Positions 9,140 through 18,190 of a DNA stretch of 64,000 nt are shown in pieces (position 1 is the first letter of the stretch; the number at the start of each line of letters is the position of its first letter). Both the position numbers and the translations under genes were made by a program. Under the pieces are notes generated by a model, which saw only the letters and a program-made list of their open reading frames with translations, ran no database searches and was not told where the DNA came from. Location of the stretch: positions 2,524 through 66,523 of the forward strand of contig DATNLT010000049.1 of assembly GCA_035602725.1 (NCBI GenBank). The letters run 5' to 3'. This DNA is from Candidatus Acidiferrales bacterium (lineage in GTDB: Bacteria > Acidobacteriota > Terriglobia > Acidiferrales > UBA7541).

Positions 9140-12100
9140 ATGCGGGGATTTTTCGCTCAAACCTGCCTTCGGTTAGCTCTTCTTGCGGCTGCTATGGTGT
9201 TCCTCAGCGTCGCGCTGCCCGCCCAGGCGCCACCTGCTCCGCCGCCACAGGAGGCTACCGCGCAGGAAATATCCCAATTCGAAGGCCAAACTGTAGTGGA
9301 AATTCGCATCCTAGCCGATGGCGGTGAGACGCTCTCGGAGAATCCCACGGATCTGGCACAGAAAGCGGGAGAGCCGTATGACACGGAAAATGTTCGAAAG
9401 GCGCTGCGGCAGCTCTACGCCAGCGGCGATTATTCGAACGTGGTAGCGGAAGCTTCACGGAGTTCGAATGGGCTCCGCATGGATTTTGTCGTAACGCGTA
9501 ATTTCTTCATTGGCGTGGTGGTGATCGACGGTCTCAAAGAACCGCCCAACGAATCCACCGCGTACGCGGCGTTGCGGCTCAGGGTAGGCGATCCGTACAA
9601 CAAAGCCGCGCTGGACGATTCGCTACAAAGTTTGAAACAGGCCCTCGCGCTGGATGGGCTGTATCAAGGAGAGGTCCGCGCAGATTTGCATCCCGATCCA
9701 ACGCACCGCCAGATGGATTTAAGCGTGCACGTAATCCCCGGACCACGCGCCCTCTCTGGAGTGATTACCCTGAAGAACAGCACCCCGTACACTGATCGTG
9801 ACTTGCTCTCGAAGGCCAAGATTAAGCCGAAGCAGCAGATGGACTCGAAGAAATTGCAGCACGCCGAAGATCGCGTGAGAGATTATCTGGTGAAGCAAGA
9901 TTATCTTGGCGCGCGGGCGAGCATCCATCGGGGCACCTACAATGCCAGTACGAACACATTGCCGCTCGAACTCGACGTAGAGGCTGGGCCCAGAGTTCGC
10001 GTGGTGATTGCGGGCGCGAAGATCCCAGGAAAAGAGCTGAAGCGGCGCGTTCCGGTATTCGAGGAAGGAGCCGTGGACCCGGACCTCCTGGCCGAAGGAC
10101 GGCGCTCGTTGCGTGACTATTTCGAAGGCCAGGGGTACTTCAGCGCCACCGTCGAATATAAGACGAGCGAGGCTGAAGCGAGCGGACCAGGCGCCGCAAA
10201 GCAACCCGAGCAAGTGATCACATACGAAGTGAATCGCGGGCCGCGACAGAAGTTTGTGGGCGTGACGTTCGAGGGCAATCGCTATTTCAACTCAGACATC
10301 CTAAAAGGCCGGCTCGCGATCCAGCCGGCATCGTTCGGCTCGCCAGGCCGCTTTAGCCAGCGGTTGCTGGATGCGGATATCGATTCGATCCGTGAGCTTT
10401 ACATGGCCAACGGATTTCGCTCGGCTGTAGCGACCAGCCAACTCGAGCAGGATTATCACGGCAAAGAAGGCGATCTCTTCGTGCGCATTCGCATTCAGGA
10501 AGGCGAACAGACGCTGGTAGGCAGTTTCCAACTGGAGGGAAACAAAGCCGTAAAAGAGAAAGAACTAATGAATGTAATCAGCTCGACACCCGGGGAACCG
10601 TACTCAGACTTTAACGTTTCGACCGATCGCGACAACGTCCTGGCTCAGTACTACAACGAAGGATTTCCCGACGCGCACTTGACGGCCACCTCGACAGATA
10701 TTCCGGTGGCGAGCAGCCCTCTCACGGTGACCCCGTCTCCGGAAAGCGCAGCACCGGCGGGGGGCCACCCTGCGACCGTGATCCAGCCGAGAGTTGCGCT
10801 CGTTTACCACATCGAGGAAGGCACGCAAGTCCGCGTCTCCGACATTCTGATCTCAGGCTACGATCGCACGCGCCGTGGCGTGATCGCGCGCGAAGTCCAG
10901 GTAAAAGCGGGTGGACCTTTGCGCGAAGGCGAAGTCATCGACACGCAACGCTTGCTCTATAACCTCGGCATTTTCTCGCGTGTGACGATTGCGCCGCAAA
11001 ATCCGGATGGGGCCGACCCGCAAAAGGCCTTGGATGTGGTCGTCGAAGAGGCGAAGCGGTATACGCTGGGCTATGGCGGGGGGATCGAAGTGCAGCGACT
11101 GGGTGGCACAGGATCCTCGGCGGTGGGCGGCGCGATTGATGCCAGCCCGCGGGTGATCTTCGAAATCACCAAGGACAATCTCACCGGCCGCGCGGACAGC
11201 CTATCGCTGAAAGTACGCGCGAGCACGTTGCAATATCGCGGCCTGGCCAGTTACAACACGCAGAATTATTTCGGGAAGCCAAATTTAAGCCTGCAATTCA
11301 CGTTGCTCGCCGACAAGTCTCAGGAAGTGACTACCTTTACGTCCACACGCTACGAAGGAACGCTGCAATTGACGCAGAAGGCGTCACGGTCTACGACTCT
11401 GCTTTATCGCTACACGTATCGAAAGGTATTCGTGCCGGCGGTTTCCTTGAAGATTGCTTCGGAGCTGGTGCCGCTCTACAGCCAGCCCACGCAGGTTTCC
11501 GAGTTCGGTGTTTCTTGGATTCGCGAGCACCGTGATAATCCCACGGACGCTACGAAGGGTTCCTACAACACCTCTGACTTCGAACTGGCCGAGAAACCCA
11601 TCGGCTCAAAATCGAGTTTTGCAAGGTTCTTCTTCCAAAATTCCACCTACTATCCATTCGGAACAAAGCTTGTGTTTGCACGCTCTTTTCAATTTGGCGT
11701 GCAGCAGGCGTTGGGCGACACGCTTTCGGCAGACATTCCATTGCCGGAGCGTTTCTTCGGCGGCGGCGGGAATTCATTACGAGGCTTTTCGTTGAACGAA
11801 GCGGGGCCACGCGACCCTGATACGGGCTACCCGATTGGCGGTGAAGCGCTGCTGGTTTTTCAGCAAGAACTGCGCTTTCCGATGCACCTGCCGAAGTTAG
11901 GCTCGAAGCTTGGCGGAGCGCTGTTCTACGATGCAGGCAACGTGTTCAGCAGCATCAGCGCGATTACGCTGAGGACTTCGCCTACAACCGAGTCGCAATT
12001 GAATGGCAACTTGTCTTATTTCTCGCACACGTTAGGCATCGGCCTGCGCTATGCCACGCCGATCGGCGCTATCCGCCTGGATTTGGGCTACCAATTGAAT

Positions 12101-12214
12101 CCTGCTGAATTCTATTCCTGCACTCTGGCGCCTGCGGGAGGTTGCGCCACCGTGCCGGCGCTTTCACGGATGCCGCACTTCCAATTCTTCTTCAATCTGG
12201 GGTCAATTTTCTGA
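9140..12214 (+). CDS. bamA: outer membrane protein assembly factor BamA (long form)
   Basis: ORF 9083..12214, trimmed to ATG 9140 (MRGFFAQTCLRLALLAAAMVFLSVALPAQA signal peptide). It has repeated POTRA-like units, then an Omp85/D15 barrel (ERFFGGGGNSLRGF, GGEALLVFQQELRFP) ending in an aromatic beta-signal ...FFFNLGSIF. Confidence 0.85.
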   Translation: MRGFFAQTCLRLALLAAAMVFLSVALPAQAPPAPPPQEATAQEISQFEGQTVVEIRILADGGETLSENPTDLAQKAGEPYDTENVRKALRQLYASGDYSNVVAEASRSSNGLRMDFVVTRNFFIGVVVIDGLKEPPNESTAYAALRLRVGDPYNKAALDDSLQSLKQALALDGLYQGEVRADLHPDPTHRQMDLSVHVIPGPRALSGVITLKNSTPYTDRDLLSKAKIKPKQQMDSKKLQHAEDRVRDYLVKQDYLGARASIHRGTYNASTNTLPLELDVEAGPRVRVVIAGAKIPGKELKRRVPVFEEGAVDPDLLAEGRRSLRDYFEGQGYFSATVEYKTSEAEASGPGAAKQPEQVITYEVNRGPRQKFVGVTFEGNRYFNSDILKGRLAIQPASFGSPGRFSQRLLDADIDSIRELYMANGFRSAVATSQLEQDYHGKEGDLFVRIRIQEGEQTLVGSFQLEGNKAVKEKELMNVISSTPGEPYSDFNVSTDRDNVLAQYYNEGFPDAHLTATSTDIPVASSPLTVTPSPESAAPAGGHPATVIQPRVALVYHIEEGTQVRVSDILISGYDRTRRGVIAREVQVKAGGPLREGEVIDTQRLLYNLGIFSRVTIAPQNPDGADPQKALDVVVEEAKRYTLGYGGGIEVQRLGGTGSSAVGGAIDASPRVIFEITKDNLTGRADSLSLKVRASTLQYRGLASYNTQNYFGKPNLSLQFTLLADKSQEVTTFTSTRYEGTLQLTQKASRSTTLLYRYTYRKVFVPAVSLKIASELVPLYSQPTQVSEFGVSWIREHRDNPTDATKGSYNTSDFELAEKPIGSKSSFARFFFQNSTYYPFGTKLVFARSFQFGVQQALGDTLSADIPLPERFFGGGGNSLRGFSLNEAGPRDPDTGYPIGGEALLVFQQELRFPMHLPKLGSKLGGALFYDAGNVFSSISAITLRTSPTTESQLNGNLSYFSHTLGIGLRYATPIGAIRLDLGYQLNPAEFYSCTLAPAGGCATVPALSRMPHFQFFFNLGSIF

Positions 12215-12888
12215 TGAGGCGAGTCTGGATTGTTCTTGGCGTGAGTTTCTTGGCGTTAGCGCCGTTGGCGGGCCATGCGCTCCCCAGCAGCGTACCTGCG
12301 CAACAGGTGGTGGATCGCGTGGTCGCGAAAGTGGACGACGACATTCTATTGCTCAGCGATCTGCGCGAACTCGGAGAATTCCAGGATCTATTGGAAGGAA
12401 AAGCCGAGCCGGCGAACAAACGGCTCGACGAGCTGATCGACCAATGGATTGCGACGCGCGAGGCCATGGCAGGGCAGTTTGCGCAGCCTTCGGATGCCGA
12501 CGTGAAAGCGGCACACGCACAGCTTACGAAAGAACTTGGCGGAGAACAGGCTTTTGCGGCACGCCAAACGCAAGCGGGCCTGACGGCGGCCGCGGTTGAC
12601 CGCCAGTTGCGGCGCGAGCTCTTTGTAAGCCGATATTTGGATTACAAGTTCCGGCCTGCGTCACAGGTCGATGCGGATGCGATCCAGAAATATTACAACG
12701 AGCAATTTTCCGCCCAACTAAAGGCACAAGGCCAAGCAGTGCCGCCGCTCGATTCCGTTCGCGGCGAGATCCGGGAGCTGCTGGTGCAGCAAGAGATATC
12801 CGAACATGCGACGCAATGGCTTGCGGAAAGCAGGTCGCGGTTAAAGGTCGAGGAGTTCTTGCCGGCTGCTAACCAGACGAACCAATGA
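12214..12888 (+). CDS. SurA N-terminal-domain-like periplasmic chaperone (no PPIase domain evident)
   Basis: ORF 12142..12888, trimmed to ATG 12214, which overlaps the bamA stop (ATGA). It has a signal peptide (MRRVWIVLGVSFLALAPLAGHA). VVDRVVAKVDDDILLLSDLRE resembles the SurA N-terminal domain. Confidence 0.55.
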   Translation: MRRVWIVLGVSFLALAPLAGHALPSSVPAQQVVDRVVAKVDDDILLLSDLRELGEFQDLLEGKAEPANKRLDELIDQWIATREAMAGQFAQPSDADVKAAHAQLTKELGGEQAFAARQTQAGLTAAAVDRQLRRELFVSRYLDYKFRPASQVDADAIQKYYNEQFSAQLKAQGQAVPPLDSVRGEIRELLVQQEISEHATQWLAESRSRLKVEEFLPAANQTNQ

Positions 12889-15800
12889 CGAAAGAGCTCC
12901 AGCCGAAACGAAGACGGCGGTGGTGGCGATGGCTTGCCGCCGGGTTTGCCGGAGTTGTCGTCATGATTGTCGTGTTGGGTCTGGCGTTCGAATGGGGTTG
13001 GTTTGATACACCCGTACGGGACCTGGTGGTGCGGCGGCTCTCGCAATTGACCGGAGGCGAAGTGGAAATGCAGCGCTTCCACTTCGATTTGTTTACGCTG
13101 CGAGTAAACCTGGAAGGGATCACCATCCGCGGCAAAGAGCCGAGCGGGACGCCCCCGCTTTTTCATGCCGACTCAATGACGGCTGGAATCCAGGTGGATT
13201 CTTTCTGGAACAAGAAGTTTTCTTTGCGCGATCTGCGCGCCGTACATCCTGCGGTGCACGTCCGGTTCAATGGAGATGGCTCCTCGAATTTGCCGGTGCT
13301 CAAACCACCAAAGGCGGGCGCCAAGCCACTGCGCGAGCGCCTTTTCGAATTTGCGATCCATCATCTCGAACTCGACGACGGGTCGCTTCTTTACAACGAC
13401 GTGCGCGTGCCATTGGTGGCGCAAGGCGACAATTTCAATTTCGCGATCGATTTGGGACATGCGGCAGGGGGTTCGCCGATGTATGTGGGCAAGCTAACCT
13501 GGCAGGAATTCACGCTGGTTGCGAGGCGATATCTGCCGATGGCGTCGGACCTCTTGCTGAAGTTCTCGCTCACGCCAGACGCTTTCGAAGTGAGCCAACT
13601 GCACTTCAAGGTCGCGCGATCGGTTTTTGACGTCCAAGCGAATATTCCGGACTTAGCACATCCCAGCGCGACCTTTCGCTATCGAGGGTGGCTCGACCTA
13701 GCGGATATCCGAACCTCGCTCCGCAAGGAACAAACGCCCACCGGCTTAGTAGACTTCGGCGGCGAAGGCAGTTTTCGGGGAGGCGAGTGGCTTTCCACGG
13801 GCCACTATATGGCGCGCGACATCGATATGGAGTACCAATGGTTTCACAGCGCTGGAATTTCCAGCCGCGGGAACTACCGGATCGCGCGCAAAGAGCTGCT
13901 GGTATCGGATTTTGAGGCTCAGGCCCTGGGCGGCGAAGTAACGGGCCAAGTGCACCTGAATTTTAAAGGCTTGGTCTTCCGCGCCGATTCCCACACGACA
14001 AATATGAATCTGGCTACGGTGCTGGCGGCGGTGGATAACGAAAGCCTTCCTATCAGGCCGCTCCATTGGGATGGAACCGTGCAGGTCGATGCCGTGACTA
14101 CCTGGACGGCGGCATTTGAGCACCTGGAATCGAGTGGTACGTCTGTATGGTCGCCCGTGGGGCAACTGGCTCCCGGAATGATTCCTGCCACAGCGCATTT
14201 GAATTACGACTACGTAGCCGGAAAACACATGGTTGCGATTCGAGATAGCGAAATTGATACGTCCACGAGCCGTCTGCATATAGACGGCGCGCTCGCTTCC
14301 GTGGATTCATTGCTAAATGTGAACGCAAATTTTAGCGATTTACTTCCGTGGAACGATTTCATCAACCGGATTCGCGGACTACACGCGGAGCCCGTAACGA
14401 TCACGGGCGCGGCCACGTGGCAGGGAAAAATCTCCGGCCCGATCACCGGCCCCACCTTCAATGGGCACGCTGTGGTTCATAACGCGCACTACGGCTCGCT
14501 CTTTTGGGATGAGGCGGAGGGCGATATTGACTATTCGCCTGACGGCTTCACGCTGGCTCACGCCAGGGCGAGCCGCGGCGGCTCCTCCGCGCAAATCGAA
14601 TTGGCTTTGGAACTGGACGAGTGGAGCTTCGCGCCCGATTCGAATTGGCGGTTTGATGCCGATTTGGCGCAGACCCCGACCGAGGGTTTGCAGGAGATGT
14701 TTAGCTGGTCGTATCCGGTACATGGATTACTTTCCGGACAGTTTCACATGCGCGGCACTCGAGCAAACCCACAACTCACAGGTTTATTTGACCTCGCACA
14801 AGTTACGGCTTGGGGTTGGACAGTGGACCGCGCCCGCGGTGAACTTGCTCTTGACCAAGGCGAGATACACATCACGAACGCCGACGTCCGGCTGACGCCG
14901 CTATCCGGCTCACACTCACCGGGAATTGTGACCGGGAATCTTTCGTATCGGTTTGCTGACGCGAATATCGGATTCGACCTTACCGGCGCCGTGATTCCCA
15001 TGGAGAATATCCGGAGCCTGCAATCGCCGCGGCTTCCGATTGGCGGACAGCTCAATTTTCAATTGCACGGTAGCGGTCCGATTTTCGCGCCCTCCACGCA
15101 AGGCTCGATCCGCTTGGTGGACCTCCGCACGGGAAGCGAGGTGCTTGGAAGTTTTGAAGCCAAGGTGAACGCGGATGGAAAACGGCTGCGCCTCGATCTG
15201 TCTTCAGCGTTGCCGGAGGATCGGTTACAAGGATTCGTAGAACTCGGATTTTCCGGTGATCTCCCTTTGAACGGGGAACTCAATATCCGCGCGATGGACC
15301 TTGATCCCTTGATCCAAGTTGCATTGCACCTAAACGCGCTCACCGGCCACAGCAGCGTAGATGGACATCTGAAGCTGACCGGAAACTTGCTGCGCCCGGA
15401 TACCATCACCGTAGAGACCGATTTCTCGCGGATGGTTTTCGACTACGATTACGTAAAACTGGAAAACAACGGACCGGTACGGATCGCCTATCGCCGCAAC
15501 GAGGTACACGTCGAGCAGGCGAACCTGCGCGGTACCGGCTCGGATTTCAAAATCACCGGTTTGGCGCGTTTTGCGGGCGATCGAAATGTCAGTTTGAATA
15601 TCTTGGGCACCGTGAACCTGCAACTGCTGGGCGGGTTTATCAACGCACTGGATGCGCGCGGCTCGGCAAACGTGAACGCGGACATCGAAGGCACGCTGGA
15701 TACGCCACATATCAACGGGCGCTTTGAGGTGCAGAGCGTGTCGGTAACGTACGACGAATTTCCGGCCGGCCTTAGCAAGGTCAGCGGCATATTTATCTTT

Positions 15801-16880
15801 GATACGAACCGGCTGCTTTTCGACAATGTGCGGGCGGAAACGGGCGGCGGTCAAATGCAACTTTCCGGATCGCTCAGTTACGGGGAAGGTTTCAATGCGA
15901 TGCGCTATGACATCAATGCACGCGCGACCAGCGTGCGCATCCGCTATCCCGAGGGGATGAGCTGGCTGGCCAATGGGACGCTGCGTTTCTCCGGCAATCT
16001 GCAATCGGGACAGATCTCCGGGAACGTGACCGTGGATCGCGTGCTGATGTCCCAAGGATTTGACCTAGTCACGCTGATTGGCGGATCGAATGCGCCGGTG
16101 CGCGCGCCGAGCACTTCTTCACCTTTTCTGAGAGAGTTGCGGTTTGACATCCAGGCGGCTTCTGCTCCAGATGCACGCGTGGAGTGGAACGGGGCGCGTT
16201 TCGATAGCGAAGCGAATCTTCGCGTGCGCGGCACGTGGGAAAATCCGGTCCTGCTGGGGCACATCGCGCTGCGAAATGGCGAGCTCATGTTTTCGGGGAA
16301 TCGCTATACGGTAACGCGCGGCGACATCGATTTTTCGAATCCGTTTCGTCTCGACCCAGTGCTGAACATCCAAGCAACTACGACGATTTCGCAATATGAG
16401 GTAACGCTCGATCTTTCAGGGCCGGCGAGCCGGCTGACCCTGAGTTACCGCTCCGACCCGCCGCTGCCGACCAGCGACATCGTCAACCTGCTAGCGCTCG
16501 GACAGGCGACCGAATCCACGCAATATCTGGGTGGAACCGCAGCGCAATCTCCACAGATGGGCGCCACGACGCTGCTCTCCGAAGCGGTTTCAAGCCAACT
16601 GGGCGGGCGCATGCAGAAATTCTTTGGGATCAGCAGCTTCCGCGTGGACCCATTTTTAGTGGCGGGCACCGGAACCGAGCAGAGTGCGGCCACGCGCGTC
16701 ACGGTGCAGCAGCAGGTCTCGCATAACTTGACCATCACCTACAGCAGTAACGTTACCGGGTCTTCCGAACAAGTGATTCAGATCGAGTACAATGTCCGGC
16801 CAGATATCAGTATCGTCGCTTTGCGCGACCTGAACGGTACGTTCTCTTTGGCAGTTGAATTCAAAAAGCGATTTAAATAG
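12885..16880 (+). CDS. tamB: translocation and assembly module protein TamB (AsmA-like, DUF490 C-terminus)
   Basis: The protein is 1331 aa with an N-terminal TM anchor (WLAAGFAGVVVMIVVLGLAF) and a long beta-rich body. The C-terminal TamB signature region is DPVLNIQATTTISQYEVTLDLSGPASRLTLSYRSDPPLPTSDIVNLLALGQ. The ATG overlaps the upstream stop (ATGA). Confidence 0.8.
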   Translation: MTKELQPKRRRRWWRWLAAGFAGVVVMIVVLGLAFEWGWFDTPVRDLVVRRLSQLTGGEVEMQRFHFDLFTLRVNLEGITIRGKEPSGTPPLFHADSMTAGIQVDSFWNKKFSLRDLRAVHPAVHVRFNGDGSSNLPVLKPPKAGAKPLRERLFEFAIHHLELDDGSLLYNDVRVPLVAQGDNFNFAIDLGHAAGGSPMYVGKLTWQEFTLVARRYLPMASDLLLKFSLTPDAFEVSQLHFKVARSVFDVQANIPDLAHPSATFRYRGWLDLADIRTSLRKEQTPTGLVDFGGEGSFRGGEWLSTGHYMARDIDMEYQWFHSAGISSRGNYRIARKELLVSDFEAQALGGEVTGQVHLNFKGLVFRADSHTTNMNLATVLAAVDNESLPIRPLHWDGTVQVDAVTTWTAAFEHLESSGTSVWSPVGQLAPGMIPATAHLNYDYVAGKHMVAIRDSEIDTSTSRLHIDGALASVDSLLNVNANFSDLLPWNDFINRIRGLHAEPVTITGAATWQGKISGPITGPTFNGHAVVHNAHYGSLFWDEAEGDIDYSPDGFTLAHARASRGGSSAQIELALELDEWSFAPDSNWRFDADLAQTPTEGLQEMFSWSYPVHGLLSGQFHMRGTRANPQLTGLFDLAQVTAWGWTVDRARGELALDQGEIHITNADVRLTPLSGSHSPGIVTGNLSYRFADANIGFDLTGAVIPMENIRSLQSPRLPIGGQLNFQLHGSGPIFAPSTQGSIRLVDLRTGSEVLGSFEAKVNADGKRLRLDLSSALPEDRLQGFVELGFSGDLPLNGELNIRAMDLDPLIQVALHLNALTGHSSVDGHLKLTGNLLRPDTITVETDFSRMVFDYDYVKLENNGPVRIAYRRNEVHVEQANLRGTGSDFKITGLARFAGDRNVSLNILGTVNLQLLGGFINALDARGSANVNADIEGTLDTPHINGRFEVQSVSVTYDEFPAGLSKVSGIFIFDTNRLLFDNVRAETGGGQMQLSGSLSYGEGFNAMRYDINARATSVRIRYPEGMSWLANGTLRFSGNLQSGQISGNVTVDRVLMSQGFDLVTLIGGSNAPVRAPSTSSPFLRELRFDIQAASAPDARVEWNGARFDSEANLRVRGTWENPVLLGHIALRNGELMFSGNRYTVTRGDIDFSNPFRLDPVLNIQATTTISQYEVTLDLSGPASRLTLSYRSDPPLPTSDIVNLLALGQATESTQYLGGTAAQSPQMGATTLLSEAVSSQLGGRMQKFFGISSFRVDPFLVAGTGTEQSAATRVTVQQQVSHNLTITYSSNVTGSSEQVIQIEYNVRPDISIVALRDLNGTFSLAVEFKKRFK

Positions 16881-16897
16881 GTGCGAGGGAGCTTTTG

Positions 16898-18118
16898 ATG
16901 GACGAACTGCTCCGCTGGCGTGAGGGATTTCCCATCCTCGCGAAGACTACCTACCTGATCAGCAATTCGCTCGGGGCCATGCCTCGTGCGGTGCAAGACC
17001 GCTTGCGCCAATACGCGGATGTTTGGGCCACTCGCGGCGTGCGCGCCTGGCACGAGGGTTGGTGGGAAATGGCGGTGGAGACGGGGGACCGCGTTGGCCG
17101 GCTGATCGGCGCGCGGCCGGGTGAAATTTCGCTGCACCAGAATGTGACGATCATCCAGGCGATCCTGGCCTCTTGCTTCAATTTGCGTGGCCGCCGCAAC
17201 AAGATCGTGATGTCCGATCTGGAATTTCCCTCGACGATCTATTTTTATCTGGAACAACGCCGCAACGGCGCACGCGTTGAAATCGTTCGCTCCGGAAATC
17301 CGTTGCGGATTCCGATGGACAAATTTTTGCAGGCGATCGACGAACGGACCCTGCTGGTGCCGATCTCGTTGGTGCTCTTTCGCAGCGCTACGATTGTGGA
17401 GATCAAGCGCATCATCCAGCGCGCGCATGAAGTGGGGGCGCTTGTAATACTGGATCTGTTTCAAGCGGCGGGGACGATGCCGGTGGATGTGCGCGCGCTC
17501 GACACTGATTTCGCGACGGGTGGCGTCTTGAAATGGCTGTGCGGCGGGCCTGGCGTAGGGTATCTCTACGTTCGGGCCGATCTCCGCAAGAAACTCAAGC
17601 CGGCGTTCACGGGATGGATGGCGGACCGGCGACCCTTCGAATTTCGCGCAGCCGCCGTGGACCGGCGGCCGGATTCATTTCGTTTCCTGAACGGCACACC
17701 ACCGATTCCGGCGCTCTACGCTTGCCAGCCCGGGCTTGAAATTATCGCGGCCGTCGGCGTGGACGCAATCCGCAAGAAATCGGTGCGGCAGACCGAGAGG
17801 CTGATCGCGGGCGCCGAGGCGCGTGGATGGCGCGTGAATTCGCCTCGCGAGACTGCCGAGCGTGGAGGCACGGTGTCAATCGATTGCCCGCACGCCCGGG
17901 AAGTTACGGCGGAGTTGATCGCGCGGGAGATTCTCGTGGACTTCCGTCCCGGGGGCGGAATTCGGCTTTCGCCTCATTTCTACAATCGGGACGAGGAAAT
18001 CGATTTCGCGCTCGAGCAGATCGAGCAAATCCTTGCAATACGTGGCTGGAATCGTGGCCGCATCCGCACCGCCAAACGCCGGGAGCGCGCCCCGCGCATC
18101 GCCGAGCCGGTGCTATAA
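16898..18118 (+). CDS. kynU: kynureninase-family class V PLP-dependent enzyme
   Basis: By-eye match to kynureninase blocks: SNSLGAMP (GNSLGARP), GGVLKWLCGGPGVGYLYV (PLP-lysine block YKYLNGGPG), TGWMAD, NGTPPI and RLSPHFYN. GAGGGA lies 7 nt before ATG 16898. Confidence 0.65.
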   Translation: MDELLRWREGFPILAKTTYLISNSLGAMPRAVQDRLRQYADVWATRGVRAWHEGWWEMAVETGDRVGRLIGARPGEISLHQNVTIIQAILASCFNLRGRRNKIVMSDLEFPSTIYFYLEQRRNGARVEIVRSGNPLRIPMDKFLQAIDERTLLVPISLVLFRSATIVEIKRIIQRAHEVGALVILDLFQAAGTMPVDVRALDTDFATGGVLKWLCGGPGVGYLYVRADLRKKLKPAFTGWMADRRPFEFRAAAVDRRPDSFRFLNGTPPIPALYACQPGLEIIAAVGVDAIRKKSVRQTERLIAGAEARGWRVNSPRETAERGGTVSIDCPHAREVTAELIAREILVDFRPGGGIRLSPHFYNRDEEIDFALEQIEQILAIRGWNRGRIRTAKRRERAPRIAEPVL

Positions 18119-18190
18119 TCCCGCAGCGTTCTTCGCACGGAATCATTTCCAAACGGTTTCCTACCGGCCGGAAGGCCGCAACGAGGGGTC

